From Eutreptiella sp. 'Long Island Sound 2002' (Eukaryota > Protista > Euglenida): DNA of 64,000 nucleotides. Within the stretch, counting starts at the first letter, position 1; every line of letters starts with the position of its first letter. The position numbers and the translations under genes were made by a program. The notes beneath the pieces were generated by a model that worked only from the letters and a program-made list of their open reading frames with translations, made no database searches and was not told the DNA's origin. The stretch is taken from the NCBI GenBank assembly GCA_964036045.1, contig OZ038378.1, positions 96,224,001 through 96,288,000 of the forward strand, read 5' to 3'. Of the stretch, positions 37,184 through 50,099 are shown piece after piece.

Positions 37184-40100
37184 GTACAAGTCCCTGCGGT
37201 ACCTCAGCTGCGGCCTGGAGGGCACAGGACGCCGCCCCATTCAAGCAGTGCGCAGCCCCAGAGGAGGCCTCACCAGTGATTCCAACACCGTTCTTCAGAC
37301 CGTTCTGGATAGCGTCCGGGCGCAACACGGGGATGCGCTCCTTACGCTGGACCCCGATACCAGAAGCACCATCAGCGACAATGTACCCAAGGTCTTCAAC
37401 CGGTTACCACGACGCGGCATCAAACAAACCCCCTTCAGCATCCCAGGACTGCCTAGAGAAAGGGGTCATGCCGGGCGTCGACAACTTCCTTGATGAAGGG
37501 TACCAACGCCTCATGCTGCCCGTCAAGCGCCGCCCAGCAGGCCGCTTGTTGGATATTGTCACGGGCGCCACACCCATCCACTGAGAGGCAGCCAACCTAC
37601 TCGACCCCCTCTACAAGAAGGAGGACCGGAAGCAGCCAAGAAACTGGCGGCCATTCTATGCACCACCACCGTAGTCAAGCTGGTGTGGACGGTTCGCCCA
37701 CGTGCCCCCAGCATGTGGGGGGCCATGGAAGGCAGGTCCCTCCACGAGGCCATCTTCCTCCAGGACACCGCGCTGGACATGAACCCCTACGTCGCCTCCC
37801 TCTATGTCCAAGGCGCGTTCCCCTTCGCGCCGCACCTGCTCCTCACAGAAGTATGGGATGCTACCGGCCTCCCATTCGTGCCTTTCATGGCCGGGTACAT
37901 CTGGACCTGCCTCTGCGCTGTCGTCACGGCGACAGCCCCTACCCTGTGCAGCGGCACCAACAGCGGGGTCCCCCAAGATGGCGCCGAAGGCCCCTTCCTC
38001 TACCTCCTTGTCACCCTCTCGCCGGCATTTGAACCGGCACGCGAATGCCCGGGATACGCCCCATACCCAATACGGTTTGCCCTCCCAAACCTTGCGGACG
38101 ACAACCTCCTGACAACAACCATCCGCCACCAGGACCCGTTAAAGCACAACTACCAACGACCACCTACCAAGTGTCTGCCATTCTCCAGCTCACGACAGCC
38201 TACCTGGACGTCCATCACCTCCTGGTGCACCTTCACAGGTCGGTCGGCCTGGCCGATGTCGGGACCCCTGCCCCCTACATCCAGAAAGGCGAGACGCCGC
38301 AGCTGGAGGACACCACGGTCCACCTGGGGGTCACACAAGCCACCCGGCATCACAACATTGGACAGCCAAACAAGCTGGAAGGGTGCCCCGCAAAACAACT
38401 CAAGCTTGCAAGGGAGGACGTCCTGTCTACGCAGTGCCTGGAATACTTCATCGAGGCAGTGCTGAATGCGGCCGTCGGGTACCAGGCCCTACAGGTGCCG
38501 ATCCCCCAGCACACCTTAGACCACGCACGTCAACAAGTAACCGAGACATGGGCGCAGCACGGAGGCTTGCCCACATCCTTCTGCAAGGAAGCCATGATGG
38601 CCCACTGGCGCTACTATGGGGACAACACGTGCGCCCTAGTCCACACGGCCTACGTCAAACTCGCGGCTCACCTGCTGCACAGGATGACTCATAACCACCA
38701 ACCGGACGTCTGCAAAGCGGCAGCTCTACGCATCACGGAGGCTCAAATAGCCAGCAATACCTGCCCCACGTGGATACTGGCACAGCACTACGTCCCCACC
38801 CCCGTGGGCACCGGCATTTGGGCCCAGCTGCAATTCACTCTGCCGCACCACACACACGCCATCCTGACAAACCACCATTGCGATCACTCATGGCCACATA
38901 CACCGACATCCACCGGCACCCGGCGGGCAAGGTGTACACCCTGCGAATTGTAGGAGCCACCATCACCAGGGTACACATCACCGCGGCTCAGATGAAAGTC
39001 TTGGCCCAATGCAGAGCCAACCACGCCCCATTCCCCACCGACCCGTAATGACAGACATGACGCGTCTTCCAGGCAGACCTCCGCACATGCGCCACGAAAG
39101 CGGGGCGTACGATGCAAGGCCCAGTGACATCGATGAGGCGTACAAGGCCTTTCAACGCCAACACCCCACGCCCCGCCCGAACAAGAACCAGGCCCCCAAA
39201 GACGGTAACACAAAGTGGAAGGAGCCCACCCCGCCGGGTGCGGGCTCGGCAGCAGCCACCATCCTAATACTAGTGACCAAAGAGCAAAAGTAAGCTACCC
39301 ACACCTTCCAGCGACAGGACACTTCCTGATCCATCCCCAAACAGAACGCCCTGGAGACCGATGTGCCACCCGTTACCAAGGCACACCAGGCACGTGATGG
39401 CACTGCGGTCCGGGGGCCATCAACACCCCAAGGCCCCTGCTAAACCTCATCTCCACCCACTACCACGCCCCAACGGCCGCCTCCAGCGGGGATCAGCAGG
39501 CATGGCTCTCCCCCTGGTTTCACACAGTACCCCCAAGCCACCCAGCGCACGTGGCCTGGAGTCAAACAACCACAGCAGAATGGCCATTCACCAACGGGCT
39601 GGCAGACCCAGAGAGCGTAGCCATAGAATACAACCACTCCACCCCAACAGTGCAGGCCCTCATGAAGCATCCATGCGCCCCCTGCAGCAGAAATGCCAAA
39701 CACTCGGCGGCAACAAAGAAGAATTGCAGCGACTACAGATCCTCAGTTGCCAGGGGTCCGACCCCAAGACGGCATACCTCTTCCACCTGATGTCTGCGTA
39801 CATCACACAGGGCCGCCCCGACATGGGCCTCTTCTGCCTCACCCCAGGGGCCCAGACCATCATCACCCGAGGGATAGGCGCATACACGACCCGGCTGCCT
39901 CAGCCCACACAAAGCACCACGAGAACCGCCCAGGGAAACCCCGTACACATCTATCACCCAACAGCAATTGCCCGCCTACCCATACCAAGTGACACCAACA
40001 TCACCTTCTTCACTGACGCATCGGGCACCCAGCAGCTCACCCCCATGGTGCGATCTGCTCCCGCACAGGTCACCCGGCTGCGGAGTAACTCCACGTTGAG

Positions 40101-41939
40101 CACGCTGCCGGTGCCACCATCTTTGGGGCCCCGTCCCACAGCGAACTGCGCACCCTGCAGGTGCCATCAACACCACATCGCCACCCACACCAACCCGGCC
40201 TCGCAACATCTGGGGTCTCGTAGGCGCCACGGTCGGCATTCACCTTACAAAGTGCCTCACAGAACTACCCCTCTACAAGGCGCTCGAATTCCGCCTCACC
40301 ACACAGGCATTGGGGCTATTGATGGCCTTCAGAGGCATGCACCCCCCGGACGCCCTGCACATTGTCAGGCAGTACTCCCACCGCTACACGTACAGCAATG
40401 GACGCACAGGCATGCATGCCAACCACCAGAACACAAACCACCTCCCAGAGCTCCATCAAGTACGAGTCGAGGCCACACCACAGCCACCTGCAGCAGCTAC
40501 CCCCGATACCCTTGGCAGCACAGCCCCGGCAATTGTTACCCGAAGTCACGCCATACACGGACAGAGACACACAGTACCACTGCCCCATACCAATCCAACA
40601 ACTCGCCACCACACTGGGCCATCCAGCAAAGACCAAGCTCCTATGACGCCTCCAGGACTCCGTCCGTATCCCCCTCTACTACTCAGCTCTGCGCTCAGAT
40701 AGCCTCCCAGCACACCTGCTAAAACGCCGGCTCCAACTCGCCCTCGAGCACCTACCACTCCTCACCCGACACTACCGATGGTACACACACCACTCCATCA
40801 CCATCCCCGCACGGTACACGAAATGCATCTGACACAGAGGACGAGACCTGGGACAACTTCAAGACATGCCCCCTGTACCGGGGTCTCGATACCCTCACAC
40901 ACTGGAATCAAGCCCACACTATCGTACAGCACGCCAGATTGCGGAAACGGTCCCTGACGACCCAAAGAGTCACCACCATCCTCCGGCAGGCATAGGTACT
41001 AGGAGCGTTCCGTAGGAGGCTTCTCCTCACTGCGGTCCACACCCTACTACGCAACCACGCAGACAACCCCGGCGCCACAGCTGAACCCATGCAACGGACG
41101 GCCGTCACCAGAACGGCGGCGCAACTCACGTACCGCAGCCGCAGGTACCTACAACACGCATCCAACTTACCCCCAACAGACCAGGCCCACCTCCTCAAAA
41201 TCCTGCTCTACCAACTGTAATGCCCCCAGCAGAGGACTATCACCCCCAGCCCGTGCACCAACCACCGCACACAACACCATCGCAACAAGCAGGAGCACCA
41301 CAGGCACACACCGCAAGCCCCCATGATCCCAGGCCACCATCCGTCCACAGGTACCGCCGGCAATCGCATACCCGCTCTGCGTACGCCTACTGCTGCCGCA
41401 GACGGCCCTGCCCTGCAAGCCGAGCCGCTGCGTCTGCCTAGGGGCCGCACACCGCCTCACACGCTGCCCCACTGCGGGGAGCTCAACCCCCACCACCATG
41501 CGCAGCCCGCAATCCCGGCCGCAGTCCCCCCCTACGAGCCAACCAAGCTTCTTCGGGCCCCTCACCGACACCGTCGGGGACTACCTGGGAGGGCATTACG
41601 CCGCCGACCCGGGGAACAAACATTGGCCACACACCACTGCCCCTCCACGGGCCGCCCCTACGCCACAGCCGGGGCGGCCTGAACGTGGCAGCCCGCCACA
41701 TCCTCCTTGCTCTCCACCGCCACCACTGCGGCCTCCACCTCTCGGACGCACACCCCCCAACCACCCACATAGCATCCCCGGCCCCAGAGGCCTGCGCGGA
41801 AAAGGCACCGGAGGAGGTGGCAGACAACCTCAGGCGCACCTGCGGCCAGTTCAACAATGCTTTCGGCCGGCACAAAGGAACATTCTCAACAAACTCCGCT
41901 ACCAAGCACAGCCCCCCCCCCCCTGCCACCCAGCTGAAG

Positions 41940-42790
41940 CCCCCTCAGGGCTGGGTGCCCTTTCGTGGCACCCACCGGTCCCGCATTGGGGGCTGTGAGG
42001 CGGCCACTGAGCAGGGAGCCGGCGCCCTCGGGGACCGCAGGGTCGTTTGACAGGGGCTCGCGTTCTGGCGGGGCTTGTTTCCCGTGCAGTTCCGCTTCCT
42101 CTGTGTGTTTGAGCTCCAGCTCCAGTAGGCTGTCGATGTCGACAGCCATGGGGCTATCTCGGGTGGTTGTGTGTTGGGGTGTTGCCTTGTGGTGTGGCGG
42201 GTGTGCCTTGCCGAAGTCTGGGGTGTGTGTGGCGGGTCCGGTGTCAATTCGTGATGGATGACGCGGTTTGGTGTGGTCGCGGCGTGTGGTTGGTCGCTGG
42301 GATACGCCTCGGCCTGCAAATTCGGCACCTGGGTGCGGTGTGAGGTGCCGCTTGCGTAGCACGCTTGGCGGGCGTGTGGTGTGCTGGGTCCCCAGGGGTA
42401 GGTACCCCAGTTGTGGGGGGGTTGTTGTGTGGCGGTTGTTTGGTGCGGTGGTGCAGCGGAGTCGGTGGGCTGTGGGGTCCCATGACCATGGGTTCGCCTG
42501 GCTGGTGTGTCGCAGTGTCACTTGTCTGGGGTCTTCCTGGTGAGGTGCGTGTGAGCAGGGAGCCGGCTGGTTCGGCGTGGTGTGGTGCTGCTGTGTCGTG
42601 TGTTGGCTTCCCCAGGGGGGGGGGGCGTACCACAAGCTGGACCCGGTGGAGTTCAGTGTTGGGTAGTCGGATGGCATTGGGTGCGGGGCCCACGTAAGGT
42701 GGGTGGCTGCTCGTGTTTGGCCGTCTGGCGGAGGGGGGCCTTTCCTTGCGCTCGCCTGGTGTTCCCCCCAAGCTCCTGCACCTGAGGCTC
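41940..42790 (-). mobile_element. Inverted fragment of a CA-rich retroelement ORF abutting LINE-B
   Basis: Abrupt strand-skew reversal; minus-strand reading includes MAVDIDSLLELELKHTEEAELHGKQAPP with a codon style similar to LINE-B. Confidence 0.4.
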
Positions 42791-44049
42791 TAGGACAAAA
42801 ACCCGTGGTGGTGTTCCTGCTAGGCCACAGCTGTTTAGTGGCGTCAGATTACCACGTCATTTCACAGGTTTGCTAAAGAGGGTCTGTACGACCAGCCCCT
42901 GCCATCGTGCGAGCTGAAATTTAGGGCGGTATGCAACCGCCCAGCCGGGAACGCTGGCTCTGCGCGAGCATCATCCGAAGGGTAACGAGTATGATATCCC
43001 TCGGAGTCCAACGGAGCACTGAACATCCGGCAGACGAGGCTCGGCCTCATTTCCATCGCCGTTTCCGCATCCCCCTTCGACGGCTTTGGCAACCTCGTTT
43101 GCGGTAGCGCCTAGTGCTTGAGCTGCTGCCGCAACTCGTGACCTCGTTCAAATCCCCGCGGGCACTCGAAGATGACAAAGCTTTCCACATGATCCTTCAC
43201 AAAATGTGACGATGTCGTCCATGTCGGTACCCACTTTTCTCTCCGAGTGTCTTCTTTCTTCTCGGGCTTCAACAATGGTGAGCCGGGGTCCACTTTGGCA
43301 GGGCTCATGAGGGCCCAAGATGGCCGGCTGGCAGTAGGCGGCAGGCACTCCTCTGCTACCATAAAGAAGGTCTGTAGGACCACCCCCTGCCATTTTGCGA
43401 GCTCTACTGCCTATACCCGATTTCTCCACCCTCTTTCCCGTGACTCCCATCGTCCTTGACCTCACCAGTGATTCCATGTGTCAATGCAATGTTCAAAATT
43501 CCTGCAACTACCCTTCGCAACCCTTGGCCACAAAAACCAAACAAATCCCGTAGGTCCACCCGTTGGCAACCCTTGCAATAAGAGCCAAACAATTGATCAA
43601 TGAATTGAAATGACCGCCAAAGTCCAAACAATCGATCGACAAATTGGATTGACTGTACCCACATCAATACATGGACATGATCATGGAGAGGAAAACAGAT
43701 AAGACAATGTTGGGCAAAGGGAGAGGAAGAAACAGAAGTATAATTGAAGCCGTGGAATAGAGTTGTCGAAGACGATGTTGCATTCCTAGTCCGAGCATCA
43801 ATTTTATATATAATGTGCATTCGAGCTACGGACATATGACGCCATGCTAACAACCTCGACCCATCACATCTTGGAAAAATAAATTTGAGGTCATGCGTGA
43901 CAAAATGACATCAATGAGGTCCATATGGCACATGGCGGAACACAAGGAAATGATACACATCATCAGATTCAACATAAGTGTGGCCCCACATGGCGCATCC
44001 TGACGCTTCCTTATAAGACGGCAAAACTGGAATTCAGAAACATGAGCTC

Positions 44050-44760
44050 CAAATATGAGGAATGTACATGTAAAAATGTTTTCATGTAAAAATGGGCAAA
44101 AATGGCCGTTTTTTGGTCAAAAATTGAGTTTTTTGGCTTCCAAAAAACAGTTGAAGACCCCCCCCTATTTTGAGGGTATTGGATGCGAGACAGCAGGTAG
44201 TAGAGGCACAAAGATCACAAAACCTCCATTTACAGAATCCGTATGCACCAAAATTTGCCATTTGTCATGAAAAAATGGCGAAGTATGCCCGTTTTTTGGT
44301 CAAAAATTGAGTTTTTTGGCTTCAGACAAGCATTTGAAGACCCCCCTGCCTCATTTCGAGGGTGCTGGATGTGAGAGTGTACGTGATGGAGGCACACAGA
44401 TCACGAAAACTCCATTTACAGCATGCATATGCACCAAAATGTGCCATTTTTCATGTAAAAAGGGGCAAAAATTGCCGTTTTTTGGTCAAAAATTGAGTTT
44501 TTTGGCTTCAGAAAAACAAATGAAGACCCCCTCCCTATTTTGAGGGTGCTGGATGCGAAGAATGCAGATTTTAGAGGCAGACAGATCACAAAAACACAGT
44601 TTGCAGCATGCGTATGCACCACAACGTGCCATTTTTCTTGGAAAAATGGCCAAAAATGCCCATTTTCTGGTCAAAAAATGAGTTTTTCGGCCTCAGATAA
44701 GCAGTTGAAGACCCCCCCCCCTATTTTGAGGGTGCTGGATGCAAAAACGTATGGTATACC
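44050..44760. repeat. ~184-bp tandem repeat, about 4 copies
   Basis: GTTTTTTGGTCAAAAATTGAG anchors at about 44108, 44291, 44477 and 44661. Confidence 0.9.
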
Positions 44761-45937
44761 GACACACAGAGCCTTCAAACACCATTTGAAATATGCTCAA
44801 CTACTTAAAAGGGTGGTCTTTTTGATGCTGCAGGTTTTTTGGGATTTTTGGACGTCATAAAATCCTATGTGTCCCACTGTGGATCAAGTCTGACACCATG
44901 GCATCCATGAACAGAAAGTACGGCATGGCGACATACATGACTTGTACACACTCATGAATCACCAATGATCACAAGTAAAGAGCTTGCAATGAGGATAACC
45001 AAATATGAGTCAGGAGAGTGAGCTCATGGCAATACCTGACACCTGCCATTTGTGACACATTCCATATATCATAATGCTGGCAATGCCTCCGTACTTTACA
45101 TCGGATGCCGGTTGCCTATCACACGGCAATAACATACACAATGGCCAGCAGGTCGATAGACTTGGCAGATTTACTTGCTGCTCGCGAACAAGACAACAAG
45201 AAGGGCCAACCCACCATACCTCACCTGTTTAGTGTCTGCCACATACCAACCACTGGGCTCCTGCGGTTAGAGTATCGCGAACCAAGGCATCATCAAAATG
45301 TAAAGCCAACACACGAGATATGCCTCATGCCCTCACATGCTTGGACACACCACTCAGTCCCATCACCTGGTGCCTAATTGCTTGGGAACCAAGGGCGTTG
45401 GCAAACACAAATTGTCATGTGCATTGGAAACCATCCACACATGGACATGTGAAACCAATATTGCCTAATTGCATGTTCGTTTGACACCGAACCAATTGAT
45501 TGCATGCTAATTGGAGACTGATTGGGCAAGAGTGCTTGGGTAAGAAGATGCCCTCGGTCACATGAAGAGATCTAGACCCGGCCCGCAGAGAGAGTGCACA
45601 TGGAGAGATATCCCAGGTTTAATGAGAGCACATCTGACACATCGTGAGATTGTTCTATCCCAAGGGGAGATTGTCCTGCCTCCAAGAGAGATGGTCCCGC
45701 CCCAATTCAGGCCTTGTGAGAAATGGTCCAGCCCCAGTCCATGCCCTGAGAGAGTGACCCTCACCGATCCATGCCCAGGAGAGGAAATATAACCAATCCA
45801 TGGCCAAGTTGAGAAAACCTCATCAAAACCCAATCCTGAGCGCGTAGCCCAGCCCCGACCCATCGGAGCATGCATATGGAGAGAGACTTTCGCCTAGCCA
45901 TGACCCATGAGAGCATGCATGCACTTGAATTGAGATT

Positions 45938-48900
45938 CTCTGACATTGATTGAGGATTATTCCTACACCCGATTGCCAAATCAATTGAGGTATCCTCATG
46001 CCATACCGCAAGTCGACAAAGGAGGGATAGTGGATCATGGACGAATGAACTCACCGAAGGTTAACAAGGTAAGACGGCATACAAGAGGTTCGCAACCAGG
46101 GCATAGGTGCAATTGTCCAACTTTAACATGTTCACCCACTGCACGTGCAGCCAACAACAGCAACGACCGAGTTACTTCCCGCCCGGTGCGCCTACCTATG
46201 CTTCCCTTGGTCTCACCTCTCTTCCGCTTCGGAAGACACCCCATGTGACTGGTAGGTTTTTCCATGACTAGTAATACCACCATAGCAGAGATAAGGACGG
46301 CCTCGGTTCCCCCGAAGGTACTCTCTCACTACTTGTCCACAGAAGCAATCAACGTACGTACTATGGCTGTTACATAGTCTTCCTCCGGTTGGATAATTGA
46401 TTCCAATTTCCACATGATCCATCTAACACCATTAGCACCGATCGGGAAGAATTTTCAGACGATCGGCCCGCATTGTGGAACAGAGAGCACGCGCACGCCA
46501 ACAGGAACACGAGAGGGGCGCGCACACACAGCAGGCCGGGTCTGAACCAGAAATATCAAATCCTCCATCCTGTGGTTTATAAATAGTAGAAATTCAGAAT
46601 TATCCTAAATTTATACGCTAAATTGCTGAAATTGCTGAAATCCCACAAATCGTTCAAAAAACGGAACAGTGCAGCCAATGGGGATCAGAACCGGCTTCAC
46701 CCCCCTTCGCAGAGCATTGTCACCTGCTCGGAAAGACATAAGGAGGACGGGAGGATCCAGGTTGTTCCCCTGGCACTCCCTTCATTGTTCGAGGGTACCA
46801 CATACACCGTGGCCATCCGCCCAAGTAACAGGGGGGAGAAATGAAAGGACTCAAATGAATGAACTCCCTCCAGTCACCATTAAACCTAAAAGCATAGGCT
46901 CGGCGGATGAAAGATAGACAAAAGCAACGTCATCGACCAGCCTAAATAAAAAGACTACAAAGAAATATATGATGCTTGACATCCACAGCATGAACCCCCC
47001 GCATGACCCACACTCCCACCAACGGACATGAGAGTAATGGATCACTTCCAGGAGATATTGGTATTCAAGGGGGGTCATCATGCGTCATGACAAGCGTAGA
47101 CACAAAGAATGCAGGTTTTTTTCGGAAAGAAGTTTTTGGAGTCATCAGACTCCAGGTGCAAGATCAGCTCCAACGAACATGGCCATCGAGTTCGCCTTGC
47201 GAAAAAGTGGTCGTGGACAGGTCAGATTGTCCAAAGGCGTCCAAAATGCAGAGATATGAGAAAACAATTTTCTACTAAAAATAGTAACATTTGTAACTAG
47301 AAATAGCGCAGGCGATAGATTGAGATCTCCAAACTGAGGGACCCTGCAGGGAAACCAACCCCACCAATGCGATCGCGACACTTTTTGGGTGGCTGCGGGT
47401 TCCGACAGGCTGCAGAACGGGGCCAATACAACAAGTATTTCAAAAAAAGAAAATTGTTGTGCTAAAAAAAGAAATGGTACTTTGGGGGGGACTTAGCACA
47501 TCTGATGGTCCCAATTGCATCCGCCAACCTCCAAATAGGTCATATTGCATGAAAAAGGGACAAAGACAAGACAACCAAACAAAGAGCAAAGCATGTGAAT
47601 ATCCACTCTGGAATTCCAACTCAGAAGTCCACGGAGGATCCCATGTAGCGGGGCCCTCGCTCCCACTGATGCCCTTACAGAAGGCTCCCCCAAGAAAAAA
47701 TAGGAAATATGAGTGGGTCTTGACAGTTCTTGATCCGTAGAAATCTCCTGAGCAAGCGGCGACCGATTGAATTTTGGATCTCTGACATTGATCGAGGATC
47801 ATCCTCACACCCGATTGCCAAATCAATTGAGCTATCCTCATGCCATACCGCAAGTCGACAAAGGAGGGATAGTGGATCATGGACGAATGAATTCACCGAA
47901 GGTTTACAAAGTAAGACGGCATACAAAAGGTTGGCAACCAGGGCCTAGGTGCAATTGTCCACCTTTAACATGTTCAGCCACTGCACGTGCACCCAACAAC
48001 AGCAATGACGGAGTCACTTCCCGACCGGTGCGCCTACCTATGCGTCCCTCGGTCTCACCTCTCTTCCGCTTCGAAGACACCCCATGTGACTGGTAGGTCT
48101 TGCCGTGACTACTAATACCACCATAGCAGAGATAAGGACAACCTGGGCTCCCCCGAAGGTACTCTCTCAACACTTGTCCACCGAAGCGATCAACGTACGT
48201 ACTATGGCTGTTACATAGTCTTCCTCCGGTTGGATAAGTGATTCCAATTTCCACATGATCCATCTAACACTATTAGCACCCATTGGGAATAATTTTCAGA
48301 CGATCGGCCCGCATTGTGGAACACAGAGCACGTGCACGCCAACAGAAACACGAGGAGGGCGTGCACACACAGCAGGCCTGGTCTGAACCAGAAATATCAC
48401 ATCCTCAATCCTGTGGTTTATAAATGGTAGAAATTCAGAATTCTCCTAAATTTATATGCTAAATTGCTGAAATGCTGAAATCGCACAAATCGCTCAAAAA
48501 AGGAACAGTACAGCTGATGGGCATCCGAACCGGCTTCACCCTCCTTCCCTGAGCATTGTCACCTGCTCGGAAAGACATAAAGGGGACGGGAGGATACAGG
48601 TTGTTCTCCTGGCACTCCCTCCAATGTTGGAGGGTACCACATACACCGTGGCCATCCGACTAAGTAACGGGGGGAGAAATGAAAGGACTCAAATGAATGA
48701 ACTCCCTCCAGTCACCATTAAACCAAAAAGCATAGACTCCGCGGATGAAGGATAGACAAGGACAACGGCATCGACCAGCCTAAATAAAAAGACCACAAAG
48801 AAATATATGATGCCCGACATCCACAGCATGAACCCCTCGCATGACCCACACTCCCACCAAGAGACATGGGAGTAATTGATCACTTTCAGGAGATATTCGT

Positions 48901-49553
48901 ATTCAAGGGGGGTCATGATGCGTCATGACAAGGGTAGACAGAAACAATGCAGTTTCTTTTTGGAAAAGAAATTTTGCAGTCATCGGACGCCAGGTGCAAG
49001 ATGAGCTCCAACGGACGTGGCCATCGAGTCTGCCTTGCAGAAAAATTTCTACTAAAAATAGTAACATTTGTAACTAAAAATAGCGCAGGCGATAAATTGA
49101 GATCTCCATCCTGAGGGACCCTGCAGAGAAACGAACCCCAACAATGCGATTGCGACACCTTTTGGGTGGCTGCGGATTCGGACGGGTTGCAAAACCGGGC
49201 GAATACAACAAGTATTCTAAAAATGGAACGTGGTGTGCTAAAAAAAGAAATGGCACTTGGGGAGGGGATTAGCACATCCGATGGTCCCCATTGCATCTGC
49301 GAACCTCCAAATAGGTCATATTGCATGAAAAAGGGACAAGAACAAAGCAACCAAACAGCTTGGGTGAGGAGAGCAACGCCAATGAATATCAACTCTGGAA
49401 TTCCAACTAAGTAGTCCACGAAAGATCCCATGTAGCGGGGCCGTCACTCCCGCTGATGCCCTTACAGAAGGCCCCTCCAAGAAGGAAAAGGAAATATGAG
49501 TGGGTCTTGACAGTTCTTCATCCGTAGGAATCTCCTGAGCAAGCGGCGACCAA
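45938..49553. repeat. Two tandem ~1.8-kb units with fragmented minus-strand coding potential
   Basis: 45938-47778 and 47779-49553 both start TCTCTGACATTGAT and end CTCCTGAGCAAGCGGCGACC; parallel ORFs (46851/48689, 46213/47904). Confidence 0.88.
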
Positions 49554-49730
49554 TTGTGCACACCAAAAAAAATTACCAGGATCCAAGACTGATCTTGGTT
49601 CCATATGCCCATCTCATGTCAAGGAAATTCGGATGGGGGATACTTGGGAGGTATTGAGCCATGGTATGTGCTTTCCTACTGCAAATCAAACAAAAACAAA
49701 CAATCGTGTCACCGGTGAAGGGAGCATCAC

Positions 49731-50085
49731 TCAATCCCGTTCGTGCAGGTTCAAATGCCCGAAGACATCCTTGACATCTAGACTAATCTCCTTTTTCTTG
49801 AGATAGTCCAGCCACACCGTGGTATACCTCGGCACAAAACCTCTCAGAAGCTGCCACAAATCCCGCAAAGTGGCAAATCCTTTCCAACGAACCTTGTATC
49901 TCCTCCCTCCCCGGCTCGGCGGGGTTCTGCTTGTCCGACAGGATTCGCTTCGCGGTATAGTCATCCTCGTCACCGTCATCGTATGAGTCCAGGTCTCAGG
50001 CGGTGAACTCAAACGTCACAGCTGGCCCGCTGGGATGTGGCGCCCGCGGTTGAAGTTGTTTATGGTCGCGATCCAGGAATTTTTG
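49731..50085 (-). pseudogene. Ty3/gypsy integrase C-terminus and chromodomain, second diverged copy
   Basis: RRYKVRWKGF...W....FVPRYTTVWLDYLKKK; about 80% similar to 51727-51990. Confidence 0.8.
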
Positions 50086-50099
50086 GATGTGGATGATTT

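Larger units (their letters stand above)
27691..41940 (+). mobile_element. Second non-LTR retrotransposon (LINE-B): long upstream ORF, Tudor-like, APE, RT, RNase H, Zn-knuckle; contains a MITE and a tandem duplication
   Basis: APE remnants IIVGNLKTAPT, SRIDT, DNHSP (about 30960-31680). RT YKKEDRKQPRNWRPI, GVPQDGAEGPFLY, LADDNLL, VHLGV (37590-38340). RNase H ITFFTDASG (about 40001). C-terminal DETWDNFKTCPLY (about 40840). Both boundaries approximate. Confidence 0.8.

Noticed and set aside
45938-49553. The 1.8-kb tandem units as gypsy LTRs
   Set aside because: They are adjacent rather than flanking, and I found no polypurine tract or TG...CA termini.
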